A stretch of 64,000 nucleotides of DNA from Nanobdellota archaeon (GTDB taxonomy: Archaea > Nanobdellota > Nanobdellia > CSSed11-243R1): positions 2,906 to 66,905 of the forward strand of contig JAGGYW010000001.1 in the NCBI GenBank assembly GCA_021162365.1, given 5' to 3'. Both the position numbers and the translations under genes were made by a program. The notes beneath the pieces are model-generated. The model was not told the origin of the DNA. It did no database searches and saw only the letters and a list, made by a program, of their open reading frames with translations. This document shows positions 26,581 through 38,717 of the stretch, piece by piece; position 1 is the first letter of the stretch, and every line of letters begins with the position of its first letter.

Positions 26581-28395
26581 ATGGCAAATGTGTTTTTGAA
26601 TGGAAAGTTTATAGGCACACACGAGAACCCGAAAAAGTTAGTTAGTGAAATCAAAGAGATGCGTAGGGACGGCAGACTACCTTTAGAAACTAATGTTTCT
26701 TACTATGAGGATGAGGACAGCGTTTACATACTTGCTGATAAAGGCAGAGCAAGGAGACCTCTAATTGTAGTTAAAAATGGTAAATCTCTCTTAACAAAAG
26801 AACACATCGAGAAGTTAAAGAAGAACGAAATTACTTGGGATGATTTGGTTAAGGAAGGTGTGATAGAATATCTTGATGCAGAAGAGGAAGAAAATGCATA
26901 CATCGCGGTTGACGAAAAGGATTTAACACCCGAGCATACACATTTGGAGATTTCCCCAACTATTATAATGGGTCCACAGGCAAATATGGTTCCATATGGT
27001 CAAAACTCATTGAGTTATCGTATCACCCTTGGTGCAAAAATGACAAAGCAGGCACTTGGTCTTTATGCAGCTAATCTTCCATTAAGAGCGGACACAGATG
27101 TTTCAATAATTCATTATCCTCAAGTTCCAATTGTTAAAACTCAAATGTATGATTTACTTAAGTTTGAAGACCATCCTGTTGGGCAGAATGTGGTTGTCGC
27201 AATAATGCCCTTTGATGGTTATAACATACATGATGCAGTTGTTATAAACAAAGCAAGCATAGATAGGGGATTGTTTAGAGCTACAACTTATAAACCATAC
27301 AAATGCGAGGAGTTAAGATATCCAGGTGGTCAGACAGATATCATAACCGTGCCAGATAAGGACGTTAAAGGATATAGAACCGAGCACGCATACAGATACT
27401 TAGAGGAAGACGGTATAGTTTATCCTGAAGTTGAAGTGAGCGCAGGAGATGTTTTAGTTGGAAAAGTTTCGCCTCCAAGATTCCTTTCAAGTTTGGAAGA
27501 GCTTAGAGTTGGAACTGAAGCACAAAGGGAAACCTCAACTGCATTAGCTCACGGAGAAAAAGGCATAGTTGAAAGTGTTTTGATTTCGGAAAGTGAGGAA
27601 GGGAACAAGTTTGTAAAAGTAAAAGTGAGAGACGAAAGGATTCCAGAATTAGGTGATAAGTTTGCCTCAAGGCACGGACAGAAAGGAGTAATTGGATTAA
27701 TTGTTCCAGAAGAGGATATGCCATTCACCGAAGAAGGAATTGTTCCTGACATAATTTTCTCACCACATTCAATTCCAACACGTATGACTGTGAGCCACTT
27801 AATTGAAGTGCTTGCTGGTAAGGTTGGCGCACTTGAAGGCAAGTATATTGATGCTACTGCATTCCAGAGTGTGAGTGAGTTTGAATTGAGAAAAATGCTC
27901 AAAGAAGCTGGATTCAGAGAAGACGGCACAGAAGTTATGTACGATGGAAGAACTGGAAAGAGAATGAAGGCGAGAATTTTTGTTGGGAGTCAATATTACT
28001 ACAGATTAAAGCACATGGTTGCTAACAAGATACATGCAAGAAGTAGGGGTCCTGTGCAATTGCTAACAAGGCAGCCGACAGAAGGGCGTGCAAAAGAAGG
28101 AGGACTTAGACTTGGAGAGATGGAGAAGGATTGTTTCATAGGTCACGGTGCCGCATTGCTACTTAAAGAGAGATTTGACTCTGATAGAACAGTTGTGCCT
28201 GTTTGTAAGAAGTGTGGACTTATTGCAATTTATAATAAGTTCAAGAATAAAACAATATGTCCTGTTTGTGGAGAGGACGCACCAGTTGATTTCGTTGAAA
28301 TGGCATATGCATTTAAGTTATTGCTTGATGAATTAAAGTCGATGTGTATATATCCAAAGCTTGATGTAAAACCAAAGTTTGAGGTCGGAAAATGA
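26581..28395 (+). CDS. rpoB1: DNA-directed RNA polymerase subunit B' (C-terminal half of Rpo2)
   Basis: GDKFASRHGQKGV and LRLGEMEKDC motifs, with a C-terminal zinc ribbon CKKCG..CPVCG. Confidence 0.9.
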   Translation: MANVFLNGKFIGTHENPKKLVSEIKEMRRDGRLPLETNVSYYEDEDSVYILADKGRARRPLIVVKNGKSLLTKEHIEKLKKNEITWDDLVKEGVIEYLDAEEEENAYIAVDEKDLTPEHTHLEISPTIIMGPQANMVPYGQNSLSYRITLGAKMTKQALGLYAANLPLRADTDVSIIHYPQVPIVKTQMYDLLKFEDHPVGQNVVVAIMPFDGYNIHDAVVINKASIDRGLFRATTYKPYKCEELRYPGGQTDIITVPDKDVKGYRTEHAYRYLEEDGIVYPEVEVSAGDVLVGKVSPPRFLSSLEELRVGTEAQRETSTALAHGEKGIVESVLISESEEGNKFVKVKVRDERIPELGDKFASRHGQKGVIGLIVPEEDMPFTEEGIVPDIIFSPHSIPTRMTVSHLIEVLAGKVGALEGKYIDATAFQSVSEFELRKMLKEAGFREDGTEVMYDGRTGKRMKARIFVGSQYYYRLKHMVANKIHARSRGPVQLLTRQPTEGRAKEGGLRLGEMEKDCFIGHGAALLLKERFDSDRTVVPVCKKCGLIAIYNKFKNKTICPVCGEDAPVDFVEMAYAFKLLLDELKSMCIYPKLDVKPKFEVGK

Positions 28396-31028
28396 TAATT
28401 GACCAGGAGATAACTAAAATTGTGAAGAATAAAGTAGGTGCAATTGAATTTAGAATGCTATCTCCAAAGCTAATAAAGAAGATGGCAGTAGTTAAAGTAA
28501 TCACACCAGAGCTTTATGATGCAGATGGTTACCCTGTCGATGGTTCGCTCATGGATTTGAAGATGGGAGTCATTGATCCTGGTTTAAGATGTAGAACTTG
28601 TGGTGGAAAGGTAAACGAATGTCCAGGACACTTTGGTTACATCGAACTTGCAAGACCTGTTTTCCACGTTAGGTATATACCTCTAATATACGCTTTCTTA
28701 AGAAGTACATGTTCTGAGTGTGGAAGGTTGCTTCTACCACAAGGCGAGATAGAAAAATGGCTTGAAAAGCTTAGAAAAGCAGAGGGGGATTCTGCAGTAA
28801 GAGCAGGTATCCTTAAAGAAATCCTAAACAAAACAAAGCTAATAAAGAAATGCCCACATTGCGGCGCAAAGCAGGAAAGAGTTAAGCTAGTAAAACCATA
28901 TAATTTCACAGAAGGAAATAAGAAACTTACACCTATAGATGTTCTTGAGAGATTAAAGAAAGTACCTGATACAGATTCTGAATTATTGGGAATCTCACCT
29001 GGCGCAGGTCGCCCAGAGTGGATGGTGCTAACGGTATTACCTGTGCCACCTGTATCTGTTAGACCCTCAATTACTCTTGAATCTGGTGAAAGAAGCGAAG
29101 ATGATTTAACTCACAAACTTAGCGACATAGTTAGAACTAATCAAAGATTGTACGAAAATCTAAGTGCGGGTGCACCAGAAATAATTATTGAAGATTTGTG
29201 GGATCTACTTCAATATCACGTTACTACATTTTTTGCAAACAATATATCCCAAGTTCCACCTGCAAGGCATAGAAGTGGACGTCCACTTAAAACTCTTGCA
29301 GAAAGAATCAAAGGAAAGGAAGGAAGATTTAGGAGAAATCTTGCTGGTAAGCGTGTAAACTTTTCAGCAAGAACTGTTATATCACCTGATTCTCAGTTAG
29401 CAATAGATGAAGTTGGAGTGCCTGAAATAATTGCAAGAGAGCTAACAGTTCCAGAAAGAGTTACCGAATGGAATTTGAAGCAAATGAAGGAGTATGTTAA
29501 AAATGGGCCCGACAAGTATCCAAGTGCTAATTATGTTATAACTCCTGATGGCAAGCGTAAAGTAATCTCAGACGAGACAAGGGATGTTATCTTAGACGAA
29601 TTAGCCCCTGGCTACATTGTGGAAAGGCACCTCAAAGATGGGGACATTGTATTGTTTAACAGACAGCCATCTCTTCACAGAATGAGTATAATGGCTCATA
29701 AGGTTAGGGTGTTGCCATATAAGACATTTAGGCTAAACTTATGTGCTACAATCCCGTACAACGCAGACTTTGATGGGGATGAGATGAATCTTCATGTTCC
29801 CCAGACGGAGGAAGCAAGGGCAGAAGCAGAGCTCCTTGTTGGGGTTAGGCACAACATAGTTACCCCACGTTATGGTTTACCAATTATTGGTGCAATTCAA
29901 GATCAAATAACCGGTATTTACTTATTAACAAAAGATGAAGATAATTTAATATCACAAGAAGATGCTGCACTTTTGCTTGCACAGGTTGGAGTTACAGAAT
30001 TGCCTAAGAAGCCAGCATCAAAGAAAGGCGGCAAAAAGTATTATACTGGAAGGCAGATTTTCTCTATGATTTTGCCTGAGGTTGATTACATAGGAAGATC
30101 AAAAACATGTCCAAAACATCCACATTGTAAGGATCCAAATTGCAAGTATGCTCAAGTCATTATTGAAAAAGGTGTATTAAAACAGGGAGTAATTGATGTA
30201 AATGCAATTGGACCTGAAGCACCAAAAGGTAAGTTAATCCAAGCGGTGATAAATAGATATGGCCATAAAGTTGCTATTGAATTCATCCAAAAGGTTGCAC
30301 TTTTGGGTATTGCTTATTTGCAGATGGTTGGATTTACTACATCTGTAACAGATACTGATTTGCCTGAGGAGGCACTAAGAGAGATTAAAGAAACATTTGA
30401 CTTCGCAGAGAAGAAGATAGATGGATACATCGAAGAGTTCAGGGAAGGCAAGATGCGTGCATATCCAGGTAGAACTGTAAGGGAAACTCTTGAATTTAAG
30501 ATAATTGAAGCAATTAATAGGGCAAGAAATAAGACAGGAAGGATAGTAGAAAGATATCTTAAGCAAGATAACCCAACGTTGATTATGGCACAGTCAGGTT
30601 CAAGAGGTTCATTGTTAAACTTGTCTCTTATGTCTGCATCGGTAGGACAGCTTAGCTTAAGAGGTACCAGGATTAGAAGAGGATATAGAAATAGAACTCT
30701 CCCACACTTTAAGTGGGGTGATGTGGGTCCAGCTGCGGGCGGTTTTGTGAGGCATTCCTATAAAGGCGGATTGACGCCGACAGAATTCTTCTTTAACGCA
30801 ATTACAGGTAGGGACACAATTATGGACACCTCTATGAGAACACCCAAATCCGGTTATCTTCAAAGAAGGCTAATAAATGCACTACAAGACCTAAAGGTAG
30901 AATATGATATGACTGTAAGGGACGCTTCAGGAAGAATAGTTCAATTCATATATGGTGGAGATGGAATTGATGTTGCTAAATCAGATAATGGTAAATTGCT
31001 AATTCCAAAGGAGGAAGTGCTCAAATGA
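28392..31028 (+). CDS. rpoA1: DNA-directed RNA polymerase subunit A' (Rpo1N)
   Basis: Catalytic [12 protein letters not shown] motif and N-terminal zinc motifs ([16 protein letters not shown]). Confidence 0.9.
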   Translation: MIIDQEITKIVKNKVGAIEFRMLSPKLIKKMAVVKVITPELYDADGYPVDGSLMDLKMGVIDPGLRCRTCGGKVNECPGHFGYIELARPVFHVRYIPLIYAFLRSTCSECGRLLLPQGEIEKWLEKLRKAEGDSAVRAGILKEILNKTKLIKKCPHCGAKQERVKLVKPYNFTEGNKKLTPIDVLERLKKVPDTDSELLGISPGAGRPEWMVLTVLPVPPVSVRPSITLESGERSEDDLTHKLSDIVRTNQRLYENLSAGAPEIIIEDLWDLLQYHVTTFFANNISQVPPARHRSGRPLKTLAERIKGKEGRFRRNLAGKRVNFSARTVISPDSQLAIDEVGVPEIIARELTVPERVTEWNLKQMKEYVKNGPDKYPSANYVITPDGKRKVISDETRDVILDELAPGYIVERHLKDGDIVLFNRQPSLHRMSIMAHKVRVLPYKTFRLNLCATIPYNADFDGDEMNLHVPQTEEARAEAELLVGVRHNIVTPRYGLPIIGAIQDQITGIYLLTKDEDNLISQEDAALLLAQVGVTELPKKPASKKGGKKYYTGRQIFSMILPEVDYIGRSKTCPKHPHCKDPNCKYAQVIIEKGVLKQGVIDVNAIGPEAPKGKLIQAVINRYGHKVAIEFIQKVALLGIAYLQMVGFTTSVTDTDLPEEALREIKETFDFAEKKIDGYIEEFREGKMRAYPGRTVRETLEFKIIEAINRARNKTGRIVERYLKQDNPTLIMAQSGSRGSLLNLSLMSASVGQLSLRGTRIRRGYRNRTLPHFKWGDVGPAAGGFVRHSYKGGLTPTEFFFNAITGRDTIMDTSMRTPKSGYLQRRLINALQDLKVEYDMTVRDASGRIVQFIYGGDGIDVAKSDNGKLLIPKEEVLK

Positions 31029-32146
31029 CATTGCCACAGTCTGTTGAAGAACAATTGAAAGAAATGAAAGAAATGTTTAAGCTTAACAAGACACAGATGG
31101 AAAAACTTAGAAAGATTGCCGAAAAACAATATGAAAAATCTCTAATTGAACCTGGGGAAGCAGTTGGTGTAGTTGCAGCTCAGTCAATAGGTGAACCGGG
31201 TACTCAGCTTACCTTGCGTACAAAGTTGCTTGCAGGAGCTATGGAGATGACAGTCACACAAGGTCTTCCTCGTTTAATAGAAATTTTTGATGCAAGGAGA
31301 GAACCAAGTACTCCAACTATGACTATCTTTTTGAAACCATCATATGCTACAAGCGAAAAGAAAGTTGAAGAGATTGCATTTAAAATCCTTGAAATAAAGC
31401 TTGATGATATTGTTAAGTCCATAGATGTTGATTTGCTAAGGATGAGAGTGGAAGTAGAACTTGATCCAGAGATGCTAAGGAAATACAAACTAAGAGAGAA
31501 AGACATTCAAAGAATTGTTTCTGAGGAATTTAAAGGATATAAAATCACAACCGGATCTTATAAGATTAATATTAAACCAAAAGGAGAAGATGTTGACATA
31601 AAACAAGTTTACAAGCTAAAGGTAAAATTAAAGGCATTGCATGTTGGCGGAATAAAAGGAATAAAACAGGTTTTGCCAATGAAGCAGGGAGATAGATGGG
31701 TAATCAAAACTGCTGGTACAAACCTGAGAGATATTTTGCAACTTCCAGAAGTCGATATTGAAAACACAGTTACAAATGACATTTTTGAAGTGCTTAGTGT
31801 GTTTGGAATTGAGGCTGCAAGGGAGATGATAATTGAAGAAACCCTTAATGTTCTTAGGAATCAAGGTATAGAAGTTGATGTAAGGCACATAATGCTTGTT
31901 GCAGATGTAATGACATATGAGGGGACAATAAAAGGCATAGGGCGTTACGGTGTCAGCGGTGGAAAAGCGTCTGTCTTGGCGCGTGCAAGCTTTGAAGTTC
32001 CACTTAAACACTTATTTAACGCTGCTGTATCTGGCGAGACGGACAGATTAACAAGCGTAGTTGAAAATGTTATGATAAACCAACCTGTGCCAATAGGTAC
32101 AGGAATGGTTAATCTTAAAGTAGAAAAGAAGGAGGATAAGAAATGA
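31025..32146 (+). CDS. rpoA2: DNA-directed RNA polymerase subunit A'' (Rpo1C)
   Basis: [23 protein letters not shown] trigger-loop region. Operon position fits. Confidence 0.9.
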   Translation: MTLPQSVEEQLKEMKEMFKLNKTQMEKLRKIAEKQYEKSLIEPGEAVGVVAAQSIGEPGTQLTLRTKLLAGAMEMTVTQGLPRLIEIFDARREPSTPTMTIFLKPSYATSEKKVEEIAFKILEIKLDDIVKSIDVDLLRMRVEVELDPEMLRKYKLREKDIQRIVSEEFKGYKITTGSYKINIKPKGEDVDIKQVYKLKVKLKALHVGGIKGIKQVLPMKQGDRWVIKTAGTNLRDILQLPEVDIENTVTNDIFEVLSVFGIEAAREMIIEETLNVLRNQGIEVDVRHIMLVADVMTYEGTIKGIGRYGVSGGKASVLARASFEVPLKHLFNAAVSGETDRLTSVVENVMINQPVPIGTGMVNLKVEKKEDKK

Positions 32147-32436
32147 CAGAAGTAAATGATTTGCCACAGGAATTTAAAAATGCGCTTGGCACGAAGAAAG
32201 TTATCTTTGGATCAAAAAGTGTGTTAAAGGCGTTGAAGCTAGGAAAGGTAGAGGAAGTTGTCTTTTCTTCAAATGCTCCAGAAAGTTTGATTAAAGATTT
32301 AGAACATTACTCAAAGTTAGCGAGTGTTGAATTGAAAAAGTTTATGGGCGACAGCAAAGAACTTGGAGTAAAGTGTAAACGTGCACACTCTGTTTTAGTG
32401 GCTGCTTTGTTAAAGGGAAGCGAAAATGGCGAATAA
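32143..32436 (+). CDS. rpl30e: 50S ribosomal protein L30e
   Basis: 97 aa with [32 protein letters not shown]. Conserved position after rpoA''. Confidence 0.8.
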   Translation: MTEVNDLPQEFKNALGTKKVIFGSKSVLKALKLGKVEEVVFSSNAPESLIKDLEHYSKLASVELKKFMGDSKELGVKCKRAHSVLVAALLKGSENGE

Positions 32437-32851
32437 GATTAAATTGTCCATTGAAGATATTGGACTTATTACTTCCTTTGAAAATTTGACAGGTGCTTCT
32501 GTAAAGGATTGTATAGTTGATAAAGAAAAGGATAAAATTACTTTCATAGTAGCTGAAGGTCAAGCGGGTATAGCAATTGGTAAGGGTGGAATGAACATAA
32601 AACGATTTAGTGAAAAGTTAAAAAAGAAAATAGAGGTTCTGGAATTTTCAAGCGACCCTTTGAAGTTTGTTGCAAATATATTTAGACCAATAAAGCTAAA
32701 GAATGCATATATAGCTGAAAAATCAGATGGCACAAAAGTTCTCTATGTTTCTCCTGTAAGGGATAAGCTTGGTATGATAAAAGCAAAATTGAAAAGCACT
32801 CGCGGGTTAATCAAAAAATATTTTGGGATAGATGAAGTTGTATTACAATAA
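32426..32851 (+). CDS. nusA: Archaeal NusA-like termination factor (two KH domains)
   Basis: 141 aa with AIGKGGMNIKR (GxxG KH motif). Conserved position after L30e. Confidence 0.8.
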   Translation: MANKIKLSIEDIGLITSFENLTGASVKDCIVDKEKDKITFIVAEGQAGIAIGKGGMNIKRFSEKLKKKIEVLEFSSDPLKFVANIFRPIKLKNAYIAEKSDGTKVLYVSPVRDKLGMIKAKLKSTRGLIKKYFGIDEVVLQ

Positions 32852-32867
32852 AAATAAAAAGAAATAA

Positions 32868-35042
32868 TTAATCTGTTTTCAATCCCTTTCTTTCTCTGAT
32901 TTTCTTTACTACCGCATCCTGTAGCGACTTTGACAGTTTCTCAAATCTAGAGTTTACAAGGAACCAGAATGCTCTTCCTTCTGTCTCGCCTCTTAACGAA
33001 TCTGTGAATCCAAACATTTCTGCTACTGGTAGCCTTGCTTTTACGATAATGGATTCTCCCTCTTGTTGCATGTCTATCAATTGACCCCTTCTGCTTTGGA
33101 TGATTTTGCTTATTGAACCCATAAATTGTGCCGGTGAATCTATTCTTATTGTCTGCACTGGCTCGTATAATATTGGGTCCGCTTGTAACATTGCTTGCCT
33201 TATTGCATCTCTCACTGCGGGAATTACCTGTGCAGGTCCTCTGTGAATTGCATCTTCGTGAAGGGTTGCGTCCACTAACCTAACTAAAACTTTCATACAT
33301 GGCTCTTTTGCAACAGGACCTGCTTTCATAACTTCTTCAAATGCATTTATTACCATCTCTATTACTTCGTTTATATGCACAATTCCGTGTGTGTTGTCTA
33401 TTAATATCGAGCCGTTGAATATGTCTCTCACACGTTTTGCATCATCTCTTGTAAATCCTGCTTCCTGTAGTTTCTTGAAAAGTTCTTCATCCTTCTTTCT
33501 TGGCTTGACTTCTGGTATTTCTCCACTTTCAATCATTTCAAATACCTTATCTGGAAGTGGTTCAACTGTTATGAAAAACTTGTTGTGCTTGTTTGGAGAC
33601 TTCCCTTCTACTACAGGTGATTTCTTTGAAACAGATTCTCTGTAAACAACTATTGGAGGGGATGTTTTTATCTCCAACCCCATTTCCCTTCTTAAGTCGT
33701 CTTCAACTATCTCTAAGTGAAGCTCACCTAAACCCGAAACAAGGTGCTCTCCAGTTTCTTCATTAATTTCTACTTTTAGTGTTGGGTCTTCTCTGCTTTT
33801 GTTCCTTAGAGCCTCAATTAATTTGTTTAGGTCTTTTGGATTTTTTGCCTCGAATGCTTTTGTAACAACAGGTTCAAATATGTGTTTAATCTTTTCAAAT
33901 GGCTCAACTCCTTTTATGGATGAAACTGTATCTCCAGAACTTACACCTCTTAATCCGACTACACCAATTATGTTGCCCGCGGGTACTTCTTCAACGGTAT
34001 ATTTGTGTGGTCCTTTCCATATGTAAATCTGCTGTGCTTTTGTTTGGCTTCCATCGCTTAGGTAAACTGTGTCTCCGCGATGCAAAGTTCCAGAATAAAT
34101 TCTTGCTATGGCAATTTCACCTGCATGTGGGTCCATGATTACTTTGGAAATTGCCATCATTAATGGACCCTTTTCATCACATGATAGCAACGCTTTCCCA
34201 ACTTCTGATTCGGGATCACCATGCCATATTGCAGTTACCCTATATTTTTGTGCTTCTACAGGGCTTGGTAAGTGCTTTACAATCATATCAAGGATTGCAA
34301 CATGGACTGGTGCTTTTTTCGCAAATTCCTTTACAGCATCTTCCCCTTTTTGATATGCATCTACAACATCTTTGAATGAGATTCCTGTTTCTTTCATTAT
34401 TGGGAAGGAAAGCGCCCACTTGTCCATAGCGCTTCCAAATACGACACTACCTTCCTGCACGTTTACTTGCCATTTTTCTTTAAATTCTTCAGGAGCTAAA
34501 TCCCGAATTAACTTGTTGACATCTGAAATAATTTTTAGGAATTGCTCCTGCATTTTTTCAGGAGTTAATCTCAATTCGGAAATTAATCTATCTGACTTGT
34601 TTATGAAGAGAACGGGTTTTACTTTTTCTCTTAATGCTTGCCTTAGAACTGTTTCTGTCTGTGGCATAACTCCCTCTGCGGCATCTGCTAAGACAAGAGC
34701 ACCATCAATTGCACGGATTGCCCTTGTTACATCTCCACCAAAGTCGACATGCCCAGGGGTATCAATTAAGTTAATAAGATAATCCTCGCCTTTGTAGGTG
34801 TGGACCATGTTTACATCTGCTGATTGAACTGTGATACCTCTCTCCTGCTCTACTTGTTTAAAGTCAGTTACCATAGCTTGTGTAGCTACCTCGTAAGAAA
34901 TCATGCCTGCCCCAGCAAGCAAGGTATCTGTTGTAGTTGTTTTTCCATGATCTATGTGTGCAATTACACCAATATTTCTAATTCTTTCTTTGTGCCACAT
35001 GGCTTTTTTTACTTTTTCAAGCATTGACTCTTTTTCTGCCAA
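32868..35042 (-). CDS. fusA: Translation elongation factor aEF-2
   Basis: AHIDHGKTT and DTPGHVDF G-domain motifs. Diphthamide-region HEDAIHRG. Confidence 0.9.
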   Translation of the reverse strand: MAEKESMLEKVKKAMWHKERIRNIGVIAHIDHGKTTTTDTLLAGAGMISYEVATQAMVTDFKQVEQERGITVQSADVNMVHTYKGEDYLINLIDTPGHVDFGGDVTRAIRAIDGALVLADAAEGVMPQTETVLRQALREKVKPVLFINKSDRLISELRLTPEKMQEQFLKIISDVNKLIRDLAPEEFKEKWQVNVQEGSVVFGSAMDKWALSFPIMKETGISFKDVVDAYQKGEDAVKEFAKKAPVHVAILDMIVKHLPSPVEAQKYRVTAIWHGDPESEVGKALLSCDEKGPLMMAISKVIMDPHAGEIAIARIYSGTLHRGDTVYLSDGSQTKAQQIYIWKGPHKYTVEEVPAGNIIGVVGLRGVSSGDTVSSIKGVEPFEKIKHIFEPVVTKAFEAKNPKDLNKLIEALRNKSREDPTLKVEINEETGEHLVSGLGELHLEIVEDDLRREMGLEIKTSPPIVVYRESVSKKSPVVEGKSPNKHNKFFITVEPLPDKVFEMIESGEIPEVKPRKKDEELFKKLQEAGFTRDDAKRVRDIFNGSILIDNTHGIVHINEVIEMVINAFEEVMKAGPVAKEPCMKVLVRLVDATLHEDAIHRGPAQVIPAVRDAIRQAMLQADPILYEPVQTIRIDSPAQFMGSISKIIQSRRGQLIDMQQEGESIIVKARLPVAEMFGFTDSLRGETEGRAFWFLVNSRFEKLSKSLQDAVVKKIRERKGLKTD

Positions 35043-35110
35043 AATATCACCCTAATTAGTTTTTAACATTATCAAAGAATCAAAATTAATGCTATTTTTA
35101 AAGATTACTA

Positions 35111-35680
35111 TTAAATGTTGTAGTATTTCAGCAAGCTCAACTTCTGCTTTTTTAAAATGTAATTCCTTACTTTCTCTAATGCTTTTATTATTGAAGGAAT
35201 CATATCCTCCTCGATAGGCATTTTTACCATAAATCTGTTTTTGCCATATACTACAACATCTACCCCAAGTGCTTCTTGGAACACTTTTCTTTCATTCTCT
35301 CTATGCCCATAAGATAAATCAAAGAATAATCCATTTGGATCAATTACTATCTCTGCATCGTTTCTTGTTGGGATTCCCTTCTCTTTTATCTTAGAATGAA
35401 GTTGGTTTGCAGTTTCAACTAGTTCTTGGTGATCGGTAGAAATAATTTCAATTCCCATATTCTCCTCAAAAGGTGTATTTGGAACCAATCTCGTCTCCAA
35501 TCCAACATCTTTGGCTGCTCTTTCAACAGTTGGAACATAACTTGTGCATTTTGGCCTTCCAAATTTATCAAGATATGTTTTGTCTTTTTGAAAGTAAAGT
35601 ATGACTCCAAATTCTTTTGGTTTTGCCATTTCTTCCTTTAGGATCTCATCAATGTTAATTTTCACCTTTTGCACCCCCAC
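35111..35680 (-). CDS. Hypothetical protein
   Basis: 189-aa ORF. No motif recognised. Confidence 0.4.
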   Translation of the reverse strand: MGVQKVKINIDEILKEEMAKPKEFGVILYFQKDKTYLDKFGRPKCTSYVPTVERAAKDVGLETRLVPNTPFEENMGIEIISTDHQELVETANQLHSKIKEKGIPTRNDAEIVIDPNGLFFDLSYGHRENERKVFQEALGVDVVVYGKNRFMVKMPIEEDMIPSIIKALEKVRNYILKKQKLSLLKYYNI

Positions 35681-35776
35681 TTTTCCAAATAATGTTTGTT
35701 TTATAAATCTTTTTCCTTTGCAAGTAGTAATATTTTTACAACAAACTTTTTATTTGAGTAGGTGTAACTTTTTCAC

Positions 35777-37402
35777 ATGGGTGCTCGATTTATTTTCATT
35801 GTTGGTGGAGTTCTTTCTGGACTTGGCAAGGGCATCGTCACTTCATCTATTGGAAAATTACTCCAAAGTTATGGCTACAAAGTTACTGCAATAAAGATTG
35901 ACCCTTACATAAACATAGATGCTGGAACTATGCGCCCGACAGAACATGGGGAAGTTTGGGTCACAGAAGATGGTGGAGAAATAGATCAAGATTTAGGGAA
36001 TTATGAAAGGTTTCTAAATAGAAACTTGCCGAAAAGGAATAACATTACTACTGGTCAAATTTATCTTTCTGTTATTAAAAGAGAAAGAGCACTTGGATAT
36101 AATGGAAAAAATGCGGAAGTTATTCCTGACATAATTAATGAAATAAAAGATAGGATAAGACAGGTAGAAGAAGATAATGACTTTGTGCTTGTTGAAATTG
36201 GAGGTACAACAGGTGATATACAAAATGAAGTTTTTCTTTACGCAGCTCGCGAGTTAGGTAGAGAGAATCCTTCGATTTACATTTTGGTTACATACTTACC
36301 TTTTCTTAAAAATGTTGGTGAATTGAAAACAAAACCGACTCAGCAGGCAGCTGCTTTGTTAAGGGCAACGGGTATTGTTCCTGACTTCATTGTCACCCGT
36401 AGTGATAGACGATTAGATGAGCCAAGAAGAGAAAAAATTTCCAAACAGTGTTTCATAGATAAAGAGGCAGTTATTGAAGACCCGGATTGTGAAACTGTTT
36501 ACGAAGTTCCGCTTTTGTTTAAAGAGCAAAACTTTGGTAAAAAAATTCTTGCTAAGTTTGGTCTTGAGCCGAAGAAGGATGACTTAGGAAATTGGACAAA
36601 ATTAATTGAAAATATGAAAAATGCAGATAAGGTTGTAAAAGTGGGTGTTGTAGGAAAATATGTCGCTTATGGTGATGCGGAACACAAAGATGTTTATATT
36701 TCTGTTTTAGAAGCAATTAAACATGCTGCCGCACATTTAAAGGTTAAACCAATAATTGAGCAAATTCAGTCCACGAGAATTGAAGAAGAGGGTACAAACA
36801 TTTTAAGAAAATATGATGGTATTGTTGTTCCAGGTGGCTTTGGGAAAACAGGAACGGAAGGTATAATTGAAACGATTAAATTCTGTCGTGAAAATAATGT
36901 TCCTTTCCTTGGGCTTTGTTATGGGATGCAGATGGCAGTTATTGAATTTGCGAGGAATGTTTGCGGACTAAAAGGTGCGAATACAACTGAGAATGAGCCA
37001 GATACACCCTGCCCAGTAATTGACTTTATGCCAGAACAAAAGGAACTAATTAAACTAAAACAATATGGGGCCACGATGAGACTTGGTGCTTACCCGGCAG
37101 TTTTGAAAGAGGGCACAAAGGTGAGGGAACTCTACGGCAAAGAGTTTGTTTCAGAAAGGCATAGACATAGGTATGAGGTGAATCCAGAATATATAGAAAC
37201 TTTGGAAGAACACGGCTTGGTTTTCTCTGGAACTTCCCCCAATAAAACTCTCATGGAATTTTTAGAGCTGCCAAATCACAGATTTTTCATTGCAACACAG
37301 GCACACCCAGAATTCCACTCGAGGTTTGAAAAGCCAGCTCCATTGTTTATGGGATTCCTAAAGGCGTGCTTAGAAATGCCTCAACAAAAAACACTAAGTT
37401 AG
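35777..37402 (+). CDS. pyrG: CTP synthase
   Basis: GGVLSGLGKG N-terminus and the GATase GLCYGMQ catalytic Cys region, 541 aa. Confidence 0.9.
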   Translation: MGARFIFIVGGVLSGLGKGIVTSSIGKLLQSYGYKVTAIKIDPYINIDAGTMRPTEHGEVWVTEDGGEIDQDLGNYERFLNRNLPKRNNITTGQIYLSVIKRERALGYNGKNAEVIPDIINEIKDRIRQVEEDNDFVLVEIGGTTGDIQNEVFLYAARELGRENPSIYILVTYLPFLKNVGELKTKPTQQAAALLRATGIVPDFIVTRSDRRLDEPRREKISKQCFIDKEAVIEDPDCETVYEVPLLFKEQNFGKKILAKFGLEPKKDDLGNWTKLIENMKNADKVVKVGVVGKYVAYGDAEHKDVYISVLEAIKHAAAHLKVKPIIEQIQSTRIEEEGTNILRKYDGIVVPGGFGKTGTEGIIETIKFCRENNVPFLGLCYGMQMAVIEFARNVCGLKGANTTENEPDTPCPVIDFMPEQKELIKLKQYGATMRLGAYPAVLKEGTKVRELYGKEFVSERHRHRYEVNPEYIETLEEHGLVFSGTSPNKTLMEFLELPNHRFFIATQAHPEFHSRFEKPAPLFMGFLKACLEMPQQKTLS

Positions 37403-38652
37403 TTTTTAATGAACCCCGCCTTTATTGCTGCTTTTTCTATTTGATGTGGATTCTTTTCTTGCAGTATGGTGTATTTCTCTTTCTTCTTGAATTCCCTTGC
37501 AGAGAGAAGAAGTTCAAGTCCTTGTTTATCTGTTAAACCAAGTTCTTCGGCTGATGTTGCTAGTCCAACTTTTTGGAGCACCCCTTTTATTTTTCCAGGG
37601 ACAAAGAAGGGATTATATCTATTCCAATTTCTGCTGTGGAGTAAAACCATAGTTGGTACTACCACACCAACTTGCTCGCCATGATATGTACTTTTTTCAG
37701 GATATGTTTGATCTAAAACATGGCTAAAATTATGCTCTGCACCAGAAGCCGGCAAAGAACTTCCCGCTATTGACATTATAACAGAGCTTGCCACCTCTGA
37801 AAGTAAAAGTAATCTTAGAAACTTTCTGTCAATTGAATAACTGTTATCATCATAGACATACCCATTTATCCTTCTGGGCAACTTTAGTGTGGCTTGTATT
37901 ATAACATAACTTAACATTTTGCTTGCCTTGCTTAATGTTTCCCCATACTTTACTTTATCCTTAAAGTTTCTGTTTTTGCTTGCGAGTTCCCAATCCTTTG
38001 CTGCAGTATAGTTAGAAATTATGTCTCCAACACCAGACATATTCATTTTGTATGGTGCTTCAGAAATTATGTGGGGTATATCAGCAATTACTGCAATAGG
38101 GAGCTTTGTTTGTATAGTTTTTCTTATTAAGTTGCCTTCGTTATCGTTGACAAGTATGCTTGCTCTGTCAGAAGCAACTCCATCATGCGCGGTACTTGTT
38201 GGGCAACTTATTATCCTTTGGTAGTCTCTCTCCTTTCGTTTTGTTTTTTTGTAAGCCGCTGCTTTTGCAAGGTCAATTGAGGAACCACCACCGAGGCCAA
38301 TGACGCCATCAACTTTGTTTTTGTTTATTAAGTCATTTAGTGCAGCTATTGTTGTATGTGTTGGGGGGGATTCAGGATTGTAGAATATGTAAACTTCAAG
38401 CCCACTCTCTTCCAAATAGTCCTTTACTTTTTCAGCAACGTCTGCGGTAAATCCATTTTTTCTCCCAGTTGCGATATATACTCTGTGCCATCCAAGTCCA
38501 AATGTTGTATCTAAAATTTTCTTCTCAAGAAAATCTTCGTCTTTTGTATACATTCCAATACTTACTCTTGAAGGTAAGTAGACGTCCCTATCTATTCCAC
38601 TCCCACTTCCTTTTAGGATGTCTTCTATTGTTTTCTCTAAGTAGCCGAACAT
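37399..38652 (-). CDS. egsA: sn-Glycerol-1-phosphate dehydrogenase-like (iron-ADH superfamily)
   Basis: GLGGGSSIDLAK, CPTSTAHDGVASDRASI and GVGDIISNYTAAKDWELA resemble conserved EgsA blocks. At 417 aa it is longer than typical EgsA. Confidence 0.6.
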   Translation of the reverse strand: MFGYLEKTIEDILKGSGSGIDRDVYLPSRVSIGMYTKDEDFLEKKILDTTFGLGWHRVYIATGRKNGFTADVAEKVKDYLEESGLEVYIFYNPESPPTHTTIAALNDLINKNKVDGVIGLGGGSSIDLAKAAAYKKTKRKERDYQRIISCPTSTAHDGVASDRASILVNDNEGNLIRKTIQTKLPIAVIADIPHIISEAPYKMNMSGVGDIISNYTAAKDWELASKNRNFKDKVKYGETLSKASKMLSYVIIQATLKLPRRINGYVYDDNSYSIDRKFLRLLLLSEVASSVIMSIAGSSLPASGAEHNFSHVLDQTYPEKSTYHGEQVGVVVPTMVLLHSRNWNRYNPFFVPGKIKGVLQKVGLATSAEELGLTDKQGLELLLSAREFKKKEKYTILQEKNPHQIEKAAIKAGFIKN

Positions 38653-38664
38653 AAAGCACCCAAT

Positions 38665-38693
38665 TGTATAAATCTAAATAGGTGTATAAATCT
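38665..38693 (-). promoter_or_regulatory. Duplicated TATA-like box upstream of egsA
   Basis: TGTATAAATCT occurs twice on the plus strand (38665-38675, 38683-38693). The minus strand reads AGATTTATACA. The proximal copy lies 13-23 nt from the ATG at 38652. Confidence 0.35.
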
Positions 38694-38717
38694 TACTATT
38701 TCATAGTAGCGATAGAA